From Caldisericota bacterium (GTDB lineage Bacteria > Caldisericota > JANLFM01), in NCBI GenBank assembly GCA_024655865.1, contig JANLFM010000006.1, forward strand, positions 16,183 through 80,182: a stretch of 64,000 bases of DNA. The letters run 5' to 3'. Shown here in pieces: positions 57,301 through 64,000 of this stretch. Position numbers and translations under genes: made by a program. The first letter of the stretch is position 1; each line of letters begins with the position of its first letter. The notes beneath the pieces were generated by a model, which did not search any database, had not been told where the DNA came from, and saw only the letters and a list, made by a program, of their open reading frames with translations.

Positions 57301-57945
57301 TTAGATGGGGAATACTACGACTCTGTAGGGCCGGATGTCACGAGCTACACCTTCACCGGCCTTCCCGACGCTCCCCATTCCTTTATGGTTGTGGCCTGGG
57401 ATAACGCCCAGAACTACGCCTTCTCTGCTTACCTCTACAACGCCTTCACCTTCAATATGAGCGCGGGCTGGAACTTCTTCTCCTTCCCGGTTCAGACCAA
57501 CCCCGATCCCAGTAAAGTACTTCCTTCAACTCCTGCGCCATTCACTCTTAAATGGTTCAACGACGCTACCCAGAAGTGGGTAACAAAGAACATCACCTTC
57601 ACCCTGGGAGACGCCTACTGGCTGATGCTCAAAAAGGCCACTTCATTCACCTTCTCCGGCGTACTGAACGGCCAGCCCTCCTTCTCTATCGCTCTCTATA
57701 CGGGCAGAAACGATATCGGTGTACCCTATCCGGCGAACTTCAGCTGGACGGACGTGAAAGTGCAGAAGGGCAACACCGTGCTCACCCTCAAGGACGCTTT
57801 AAAGGCCAAGTGGATCAGAAATGTCTTCTACTGGGATCGCGGCGTGTACCGCAGTGCCCTGAATAAGGATTTGATCCCCGGCAACGGTTACATTATTTAC
57901 GCCAACACCCCGCTGACTCTGATCTTCCCGAATCCCCTCTATTGA
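54391..57945 (+). CDS. Secreted S8 subtilisin-like serine protease with PA domain and long C-terminal extension (1184 aa)
   Basis: TTG start after a GGAGG RBS. Signal peptide. Catalytic triad motifs: VGVVDTGVDYNHPDL (Asp), HGTHVAGT (His) and GTSMSSPHVGG (Ser). Confidence 0.9.
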   Translation: MKRSKVISLVAIVFLLVFFTTSIGMATPLVTPGRTIPESWKVSPQKIVENHLAQASKVDSSLSKSSPVFQKSLPEEGIQAPVPDDGVAKGNFRVEEDGKITAIIGLKEAPVAAVQDKNLISRNLLKVKSEQIMAEDVLASIGDVEVKEKLQYAYNGLVVRFPKEKLSEIQKRFGAENIHPSKTYYLDMAYSTVLTGATTVWSNLGYDGTGVVVGVVDTGVDYNHPDLGGGFGNKVIAMIDTGDDDNDAMDSNGHGTHVAGTMAAKAAAPGGVTGMAPEAKIIAAKIVKGGEGSASNADIAAAFDWMLQKKLEGVNLVSINMSFGFPGGWNNPTDPEQVAIQNCVDNGIFVSLSAGNEYWSVYPYNQVYYYGENYPRTTWYPADISTVGSPATTPGAASVAASWNTNSMYPSFLEVTGSRRIPYVVGSPSPDPVNVFGTSSQLEYVYCGLGGTPADFPSSVAGKIALIERGVYTFLTKVQNAQAAGAIGVIVYNSAAGGEAFVTMALDASVTIPAVFIRRSDGLYLQGLTSPPAKVQFDGQVTAVANPTADKMVDFSSWGTDPNLNFKPEIAAPGGGIWSTVPLAMGGYANYSGTSMSSPHVGGAAALIMQAHPDWTPAQVKAALMNTATLLTDPTTGLPYSPRLQGAGRINVYDALLTPVFVADNTTNYPAEPLGDTDSATSKSFTLKLTNTATYDITYNLSATIQRYSTTRVPYALTGGSVTFPGGTSVTVPAGGTALVDVIVSVAGNITYENIFVDGFVNFTPQGATVPELHVPYTLFWGDWQDTRYTEDWAHNPVIDPPPDDPTGWWWWGYTWLYTQMGTSYYYLGYTFSGDLDRNAIAISPNGDGIWDNLYPLISLMRGTPETYVHKNFNRYPYWDSWDNWWLWAPAPGAIPDGNYFLRFKAEIPGTLTQHSGIYQTVDLPFIVDTAVPQVNVSTSISKVPSGSYDFTINWTASDDRSGLWGFDLYLDGEYYDSVGPDVTSYTFTGLPDAPHSFMVVAWDNAQNYAFSAYLYNAFTFNMSAGWNFFSFPVQTNPDPSKVLPSTPAPFTLKWFNDATQKWVTKNITFTLGDAYWLMLKKATSFTFSGVLNGQPSFSIALYTGRNDIGVPYPANFSWTDVKVQKGNTVLTLKDALKAKWIRNVFYWDRGVYRSALNKDLIPGNGYIIYANTPLTLIFPNPLY

Positions 57946-57967
57946 GCGAAAAAGGTATTTGAATCTT

Positions 57968-58008
57968 CGAGCGGCTGGCTTGGGCCCAAGCCAGCCGCTC
58001 GTCTTTTG
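57968..58008 (+). terminator. Rho-independent terminator of the subtilase gene
   Basis: Perfect 17-bp inverted repeat CGAGCGGCTGGCTTGGG/CCCAAGCCAGCCGCTCG followed by TCTTTTGG. Confidence 0.7.
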
Positions 58009-58166
58009 GAATCAATTTTATGAGCATTCGCCCTTTTTCACAGCTTTAATCTCCTCCCTGACGCACCGGGAGAAGGAGGTTTACGAAGAGAGGTCACTTC
58101 AGGATAATTTGAAAGTAAAAACTGAGGAAAAAGGGTTGTTCTCGCTCTGAAAGAGAAAATTTTTGT

Positions 58167-58175
58167 GGTATAATG
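58167..58175 (+). promoter_or_regulatory. Extended -10 element TGGTATAAT for the C1 peptidase gene
   Basis: 'TTTTGTGGTATAATG' lies 28 bp upstream of the ATG. It has the same core as the kinase promoter at 28132. Confidence 0.45.
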
Positions 58176-58203
58176 TTGAAAAATCCAAAGGACACGAGGC
58201 GAG

Positions 58204-60822
58204 ATGAAAAAAGGATTGAGCGGAGCGATTGCGGCGGTTCTTTTAACTTTTCTTTTTATTTTCCCTGCCATGCCACCGGCGTTTTCCCAGCAGCCCCCGC
58301 CGCAGATTGCCCCGGTAAGCAGCGCTTTTTTAAACCGAATTTCGGAAATCGGCCAGAAAGCTGATTATAATTTAACAGAAGAGCAAGCCCTGGGATATTT
58401 CCCCTCCCCTTTGGACCGCTCCCATTTGATGGGAATGGGCACTCGTTTTAGCGAAGCCAACTCCTTCCCCTCCTCCTACGACCTCCGCTCTTCAGGAAAG
58501 GTTTCTCCTGTGAGAGACCAGAACCCTTACGGCACCTGCTGGGCTTTTGCGGCCTACGGTTCCCTGGAGTCCGCCCTCTTGCCATCTGAGTCCTGGGATT
58601 TCTCTGAGGACAACCTGGTGAATGGAAGCGGCTTTGATTTCGATCCCTACAACGGCGGAGGAAATCAGGATATGACCACAGCCTATCTTACCCGCTGGAG
58701 CGGGCCGGTGCGGGAGGATCAGGATCCTTACCCAACCCCGGGAGTTCTGACGCTTCCTCCCCAGAAGCACGTGCAGGAAGTTCTTTACCTGCCGGGAAGA
58801 TCCGGGGCACTCGACAATTCTACCATTAAAAGTGCGGTTATGACCTACGGCGGGGTTTACACATCAATTTACTGGAGCAACTCTTACTACAATTCCACTC
58901 GCCGCAGTTATTTCTACAATGGAACCCGGGCACCCAATCACGCCGTGGTGATCGTGGGCTGGAACGACGATTTCCCGGCCTCCTATTTTTCAAGCAGGCC
59001 TCCGGGAAACGGGGCTTTCATCGTCAGGAACAGCTGGGGAAGCTCCTGGGGCGAGGACGGTTATTTTTACGTCTCTTACTATGATTCCAAAATCGGGGGA
59101 GATCTTGCCGTCTTCAACAACGCGGAGCCTGTTTCCAATTACTCCAGAATCTACCAGTACGACCCCCTGGGTTGGACTGCTTCAGCGGGTTACGGACAGG
59201 AAACGGCCTGGTTTGCCAACGCCTTCACCGCTTCCGCATCCGAGACCCTTGTGGCCGTGAGCTTCTACACCCCCTCCTTAAACAGCGCTTACCAGATCTA
59301 TACGGGAAGCTCCCTCCAGAGCCTAAATCTTTGCGGGTCGGGTTCCCTAACTTTACCTGGCTATCACACAGTAACACTGGATTCACCTTTTCCCCTGAGC
59401 GCAGGAACAAAATTCCTGGTGGCGATTAAGCTCACTACGCCCGGTTACTTATACCCCATTCCTCTGGAATATCCCTTTTCGAATTACAGTAGTGGGGCTT
59501 CTGCCTCATCCGGACAGAGCTACATGAGCCCTGAGGGATCAAGCTGGCAGGATGTCACCTCCCTTTATGCCAAAACCAATGTCTGCCTGAAGGCTTTCAC
59601 CGCTCCTTCTTCAGGATCTCCTCTAGTTTCCATTACCCCTACCCAGTTTGTCTTTCAGGCCCTTGAAGGTGGCGGCAACCCGCCCCCTCAAACCCTATCC
59701 ATTCAGAACACGGGCGGGGGAACCTTGAGGTGGCAGGTCTCCGAGAGCGCCTCCTGGCTCAGCCTCTCTCCTTTAAACGGTTCCTCGACGGGTGAGGTTG
59801 ATCAGGTGACCGTGAGCGCGAATACGAGCGGTCTGGGCGCCGGCACATATAACGCCACGATCACGGTGAAAAATTCAGACACCCTGCAAGTGCTTGAAAC
59901 CGTTCCGGTAACCTTACAGGTCTCCCCCCAGGGTGGCGCAAGCGGCCTGAGGGCTATTCCCCCCGCATCCTTGAGCGTCCAGAAGGGGACGGGCGCGGGG
60001 CTTCTTTCCAGCCTCTTTTTCGATGACTCCAGCTACTTCCAGGTGGCCTCCGCTTTCATTTCTCCGTACTACTACATTGAGTGGACGGCTGATTTTCAGG
60101 TCCCCGATTACGGGAACGCCAAGTTTTTGGGGGTGAGGTTCAAGGGGTTTAATTCCCGCTCTGTGAGCACCTACCTCAAGCTCTACAACTGGTCCACGAA
60201 GAGGTGGGACAGCCTGAAGTCGGCCTCCATTTCCACAAGCGAGAAGGAGATCCTGGGAACCACGCTCGATTGCGGAAAGTACATCTCCGCAAGCGGCCAG
60301 GTGAGGGTGCAGATCTACGGGAGGACCTCTTACAGCTCCTTCACGAACAGTGCGGACCTGTTAGAGGTGCTTGCGGGATATTCTCTGAGGACCGTCCCGC
60401 CTTCCTCCTTGAGCGTCCAGAAGGGGACGGGCGCGGGGCTTCTTTCCAGCCTCTTTTTCGATGACTCCAGCTACTTCCAGGTGGCCTCCGCTTTCATTTC
60501 TCCGTACTACTACATTGAGTGGACGGCTGATTTTCAGGTCCCCGATTACGGGAACGCCAAGTTTTTGGGGGTGAGGTTCAAGGGGTTTAATTCCCGCTCT
60601 GTGAGCACCTACCTCAAGCTCTACAACTGGTCCACGAAGAGGTGGGACAGCCTGAAGTCGGCCTCCATTTCCACAAGCGAGAAGGAGATCCTGGGAACCA
60701 CGCTCGATTGCGGAAAGTACATCTCCGCAAGCGGCCAGGTGAGGGTGCAGATCTACGGGAGGACCTCTTACAGCTCCTTCACGAACAGTGCGGACCTGTT
60801 AGAGGTAATAGCGGGGTATTAG
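58204..60822 (+). CDS. Secreted papain-like (C1A) cysteine peptidase with C-terminal duplicated beta-domain (872 aa)
   Basis: Signal peptide. Catalytic Cys (NPYGTCWAFAA), His (NHAVVIVGWND) and Asn/Trp (VRNSWGSSWGEDGYF) motifs. Confidence 0.85.
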   Translation: MKKGLSGAIAAVLLTFLFIFPAMPPAFSQQPPPQIAPVSSAFLNRISEIGQKADYNLTEEQALGYFPSPLDRSHLMGMGTRFSEANSFPSSYDLRSSGKVSPVRDQNPYGTCWAFAAYGSLESALLPSESWDFSEDNLVNGSGFDFDPYNGGGNQDMTTAYLTRWSGPVREDQDPYPTPGVLTLPPQKHVQEVLYLPGRSGALDNSTIKSAVMTYGGVYTSIYWSNSYYNSTRRSYFYNGTRAPNHAVVIVGWNDDFPASYFSSRPPGNGAFIVRNSWGSSWGEDGYFYVSYYDSKIGGDLAVFNNAEPVSNYSRIYQYDPLGWTASAGYGQETAWFANAFTASASETLVAVSFYTPSLNSAYQIYTGSSLQSLNLCGSGSLTLPGYHTVTLDSPFPLSAGTKFLVAIKLTTPGYLYPIPLEYPFSNYSSGASASSGQSYMSPEGSSWQDVTSLYAKTNVCLKAFTAPSSGSPLVSITPTQFVFQALEGGGNPPPQTLSIQNTGGGTLRWQVSESASWLSLSPLNGSSTGEVDQVTVSANTSGLGAGTYNATITVKNSDTLQVLETVPVTLQVSPQGGASGLRAIPPASLSVQKGTGAGLLSSLFFDDSSYFQVASAFISPYYYIEWTADFQVPDYGNAKFLGVRFKGFNSRSVSTYLKLYNWSTKRWDSLKSASISTSEKEILGTTLDCGKYISASGQVRVQIYGRTSYSSFTNSADLLEVLAGYSLRTVPPSSLSVQKGTGAGLLSSLFFDDSSYFQVASAFISPYYYIEWTADFQVPDYGNAKFLGVRFKGFNSRSVSTYLKLYNWSTKRWDSLKSASISTSEKEILGTTLDCGKYISASGQVRVQIYGRTSYSSFTNSADLLEVIAGY
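59971..60822 (+). repeat. Perfect tandem duplication, period 438 bp (146 aa), inside the C1 peptidase gene
   Basis: The roughly 400-bp stretch at about 59971..60371 is repeated base-for-base at about 60409..60809. The identical minus-frame ORFs at 60204..60464 and 60642..60839 confirm it. Confidence 0.9.
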
Positions 60823-60828
60823 GAAAAC

Positions 60829-61512
60829 TCAAGGGGTGAAGATTAACCGGTAAAGAAGAACCGCGGCCTGCGCTCTGGTTGCAGGAAGGTCAGGGGAAAA
60901 AGTATATCCCACAATCTCTTTGTGGTAGGCTCCGATGGGCTTCGAGACTTCCTCGGTAAGTCCAGGATCTGGCACGCGCAGAATGTTGAAGGAAAGAGCC
61001 GTCTGAATGTAGGGGAAAAACCAGTCTTCCTCACGGCAGTCCAAAAAAGCACCTTTTTTATAAACGCTCGCAGGCAGTTTCCTGGCCACCACGATCACTT
61101 TTACGATCTCTGCTTTGCTGATCGTTTTCTCCGGTTCGAATCTTCCGTCCGGGTACCCGGAAATCCATCCTAATTTAACGCAGGCTTCCACATAGCCAAA
61201 GGCCCAGTGCCGGCGGGGGACATCGGGGAAAGTCGGCGCGGCGGGGAACTGGGGTTCAGCTTTGTGCAGAGAAGAAAGCAGGGTGAGTTTAGCGAATTCC
61301 GCCCTGGTGACGGGATTCTCCGGGCGGAAAGCCCCGTCCGGATAGCCGGAAATGATTCCTTCCTGAGTTAGAAACTGGATCTCCTTATAAGCCCAGTGAT
61401 CCGGGGACAAGTCTTGAAAGGAAGGGGTCTTTGAGTAAACGCCCGGACCGGAGAGGCTCAGGAGGAACCAAAAAACCAGAAGAAGAACCGTTGCTCGCAA
61501 GATTACCTTCAT
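60829..61512 (-). CDS. SLH-domain surface protein (three SLH repeats)
   Basis: Signal peptide. SLH motifs (..SGYPDGAFRPENPVTRAEFAKL.., ..SGYPDGRFEPEKTISKAEIV..). Confidence 0.75.
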   Translation of the reverse strand: MKVILRATVLLLVFWFLLSLSGPGVYSKTPSFQDLSPDHWAYKEIQFLTQEGIISGYPDGAFRPENPVTRAEFAKLTLLSSLHKAEPQFPAAPTFPDVPRRHWAFGYVEACVKLGWISGYPDGRFEPEKTISKAEIVKVIVVARKLPASVYKKGAFLDCREEDWFFPYIQTALSFNILRVPDPGLTEEVSKPIGAYHKEIVGYTFSPDLPATRAQAAVLLYRLIFTP

Positions 61513-61787
61513 TTTTTCCTCCCTCTTTTCATTGCCTTCAATTTTAACAGAACTTCTAAGAAGGCGCTGCGAAAAGCCCTGGATTTTTTAATAATCCAAA
61601 GAAGGACGGGAGAAACTTCCCAAAATAACCTTTCCTCCTTCTTGAGCCAGGCCGGGAATAAACAAGAACCAGGAACGCTCCGCTTTTAAAGCTTAAAAAC
61701 TGAGAAATCGAGAGCAAAATGACTCTCATCAAGAGGATGTTTGAAAAACCAGTAAGAGCTTCAGGCAGACTAAATGAGCGCCCGAAA

Positions 61788-61828
61788 AAGGACAAAAGAA
61801 AAAGAGGGGGCCTTGCGGCCCCCTCTTT
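61788..61828 (-). terminator. Rho-independent terminator of the large secreted protein gene
   Basis: AAAGAGGGGGCC-ttgc-GGCCCCCTCTTT hairpin. On the minus strand it is followed by UUUUUCUUUUGUC. Confidence 0.65.
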
Positions 61829-61844
61829 CGTTCAAAAAACGGCC

Positions 61845-64000
61845 TTAGTCGACGAAAATCTCGAAGTCTTTGCCAGAGTATGAGCCACCAAAGGGATCCA
61901 CGGGCTCTGTGATGTAGCCATCATCGGGAGTGATGATGATGGTGTTGGGAGCATACCTGCCGTCGTAATCGAGGCGGATGGTGACATCGTGGAAGTTGTA
62001 GAACTGGATTCCGGTGAACGCGTAGGAGCCGGTGGAATCGGTGTAGGTTACTTCCTCATGGGGGTTGCCGCAGGCGTCAGTCCATTCAAGGTAAACAGGC
62101 ATGTCAGAAGGGGTTTCCGTCACTTCGCCTGTAGCTGTCACCGTGCCGGAGAAGTCCCAAGCACCAAGGGTGAAGTTGAGGTCGAATTCCCAGGTACCGG
62201 TCAGGACCTCCGTTCCGGTATCAGCGTCCACGGCGTTGTAGAAGACGATGTAGTGTCCGGGAACCAGTCCGCAGGGGGTGAAGACCATGGTGTCGTTGGG
62301 GTAGATCCCGGTCTGGGTGAAGGTAAACTCACCGCAGTAGGGGTAATTTCCAGGATCGGCAGTGAACCATTGGCCATCGTCTACATTGTAGAACAACATC
62401 CAGCTCTTGGCGGTGTTCAGGGGCTCGTTGAACTGCATCCAGACGTGGAAGCCTTCCTGTGGTACATATTCTTCAGTAGTAGGTTCGTATCCGGAATCGA
62501 TTATCCTGAGCTCGGTCCCCAGCATGGGTCGAATGACGATGAACTTCACCACGGGGATGTACTGGCCATTGACCAGCATCCAGTCGCACATGTAGGGGTT
62601 AGCGGGTTCTTCGACGGGTTGGAAGAAGACCTGGACGAACTGCTCGCGCTGGAGGTCGGCCATCTTCTTGATCAGGATGTTGCCGTCGGGAGTGGGAACG
62701 TTGGGAGCGGGCAGGGTAGCGTCGTAGATCACGGTTCCGGGCTGACGAATAGAAGGGTTAGAGGAGCTAGCAGGCCATGGGACTGTGATGATATCCTTGG
62801 CGGCCAGCCAGGTGGTCTCATATTGTTCGTAGGGGATGGGGTTCGGCTTCCAAGCGGTTGAGGGAGTGAAGGTCCAGTAGAGCTGCTCGCGGCTCGTGTT
62901 CTCTAAGGAGAAGATAGTTCCGTCGAAGGTGGGCCCGATCTCGTCAATGATGCCCTCGGTGTTGTAGGCCTGGAGCGCACCAGGATTGGTGGCCAGCTCC
63001 TCGATCTTGAGAATATCTCCTAAGCTGGTGGTAACTTTGGAGAGCTTAACAACGTCGCGCACCAGGTTCTGGAGCTTCTGCCAGACAGCGTAAAGGGTGG
63101 TGTAGTCAGTAATGGCTGCGCTTCCGTCTTCGATTGCTTTGGTGCCACGGTTATGATCGTTGTACCAGCTGAATTTCCAGAAGATGCTGGTAACTCCAGA
63201 GGAATCAGCGAGCTCTGTCAGCGGGTAGTTCACTACAGTTCCATCACCCTTCATGACGTCAATGGAGAGGTGGTAACCGGTGGAATCCTGGTTCATGTTC
63301 ACGCGGGTGACCATGCCGTACTCAAGGTAGGCTGTAGTGGTCACCGGGTTAGCATTAGTCAAGAGGCGAACTTTGCCATCGGCATTCAGTACAATGAGAA
63401 CGTTTGTTCCCAGCCAATCCTCTCTCTCATCCCAGAGGTTGTTGAAAACATATTCGTAGTCAAGCCAGTACCAGTAGCCTCCAACCCAAGTTGATGTGCC
63501 GAATGTGGCGCCGGATTCCACGGCTCCCACTTGTCCCACAGGAGCGGTGGGCTCCTCTTTGGTTCCGGTTGTAGAAGCGGCGATGGCCGGGAATTCACCG
63601 CGGCCGGGGAAAAGCACATCGTAGACCTTGCCGGAAACCTTGATCTGGGTGACCCAGTCATTGCCCCACTGATCCTTGGTGCGATAGATGTCCTCCAGGA
63701 CCCCAGTCTGTGTAACCTCGTTCCCCTCGAAGCGGACCACAGAGAACCTGTTCTCCTCATCAAGGTTCTTGACAGGAGCCATGTACACGGTTCCCACTGG
63801 ATAAATTGTCGAATAGAACCAGTCTAAAGCTGAGTAGGCGCCACCTACTGCCGCATACCAGTTCCAGTTGGTGTAATCGCCACCGCCTAAGACGAACTTA
63901 GCATCATCCTCAACTAAAGCCGTGTAGGTATCGGCGGAAGTGGGATAAGGAGTGGGAAGTCTCTTGTTGAAGGTATTGTCGTCGGTATAGGAGAAGGACA
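61845..64000 (-). CDS. Large secreted protein of unknown function, partial (N-terminus beyond window end)
   Basis: The frame stays open upstream of the GTG at 63797 through to position 64000, checked manually over about 40 codons. The product is Trp/Tyr-rich with a C-terminal prealbumin/CarboxypepD_reg-like region. Confidence 0.6.
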   Translation of the reverse strand, partial: SFSYTDDNTFNKRLPTPYPTSADTYTALVEDDAKFVLGGGDYTNWNWYAAVGGAYSALDWFYSTIYPVGTVYMAPVKNLDEENRFSVVRFEGNEVTQTGVLEDIYRTKDQWGNDWVTQIKVSGKVYDVLFPGRGEFPAIAASTTGTKEEPTAPVGQVGAVESGATFGTSTWVGGYWYWLDYEYVFNNLWDEREDWLGTNVLIVLNADGKVRLLTNANPVTTTAYLEYGMVTRVNMNQDSTGYHLSIDVMKGDGTVVNYPLTELADSSGVTSIFWKFSWYNDHNRGTKAIEDGSAAITDYTTLYAVWQKLQNLVRDVVKLSKVTTSLGDILKIEELATNPGALQAYNTEGIIDEIGPTFDGTIFSLENTSREQLYWTFTPSTAWKPNPIPYEQYETTWLAAKDIITVPWPASSSNPSIRQPGTVIYDATLPAPNVPTPDGNILIKKMADLQREQFVQVFFQPVEEPANPYMCDWMLVNGQYIPVVKFIVIRPMLGTELRIIDSGYEPTTEEYVPQEGFHVWMQFNEPLNTAKSWMLFYNVDDGQWFTADPGNYPYCGEFTFTQTGIYPNDTMVFTPCGLVPGHYIVFYNAVDADTGTEVLTGTWEFDLNFTLGAWDFSGTVTATGEVTETPSDMPVYLEWTDACGNPHEEVTYTDSTGSYAFTGIQFYNFHDVTIRLDYDGRYAPNTIIITPDDGYITEPVDPFGGSYSGKDFEIFVD

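Noticed and set aside
61556-61795. 79-aa minus-strand ORF in the SLH-gene upstream region
   Set aside because: It has no RBS and no motif. It overlaps the terminator and promoter region between two well-defined genes.
1-64000. CRISPR arrays, rRNA/tRNA genes, selenocysteine recoding in hydrogenase subunits
   Set aside because: No short regularly spaced repeats were seen. No rRNA/tRNA-like stretches were seen. Both [NiFe] large subunits use Cys in the DPCxxC motif with no in-frame TGA.

Overview
Anaerobe-type bacterial window (about 55% GC) with genes mostly on the minus strand. Positions 1 to 47.9 kb form a dense hydrogen-metabolism island. It holds an Rnf-like pair (rnfD partial, rnfC-like) joined to hypE-hypD-hypC-hypF, a 1178-aa multi-GAF/PAS sensor kinase, and an ABC exporter pair. 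It also holds a flavodiiron protein, a Fic/MerR/DUF4097 module, a complete group-4 membrane-bound [NiFe] hydrogenase with Mrp antiporter-like subunits and its HycI-type protease, and a divergent sensor kinase. Further along is a group-3 (Hox-like) [NiFe] hydrogenase with two NuoE/NuoF diaphorase modules and a NuoF-GltD fusion. Directly upstream of that sits a putative sensory [FeFe]-hydrogenase regulatory module (HydS-like protein plus PHP, DRTGG and HATPase proteins). From 47.9 kb the content becomes accessory. It starts with an IS200-like REP-associated tyrosine transposase (RAYT) flanked by palindromic REP hairpins. A 66-bp direct repeat (REP plus the dxr 3' tail) brackets a 1253-aa tandem UshA-like nucleotidase. 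dxr follows, then a secreted S8 subtilase and a C1 papain-like peptidase carrying a perfect 438-bp tandem duplication, then SLH-domain surface proteins and a partial large secreted protein. The points most worth follow-up are listed here. One is the hybrid cluster: a sensory [FeFe]-hydrogenase regulatory module and Hnd-type diaphorase genes driving a [NiFe] catalytic core. Another is a HoxW-like protease whose catalytic N-terminus lies upstream of any canonical start codon. The third is the REP/RAYT-associated rearrangement that recodes the dxr C-terminus.
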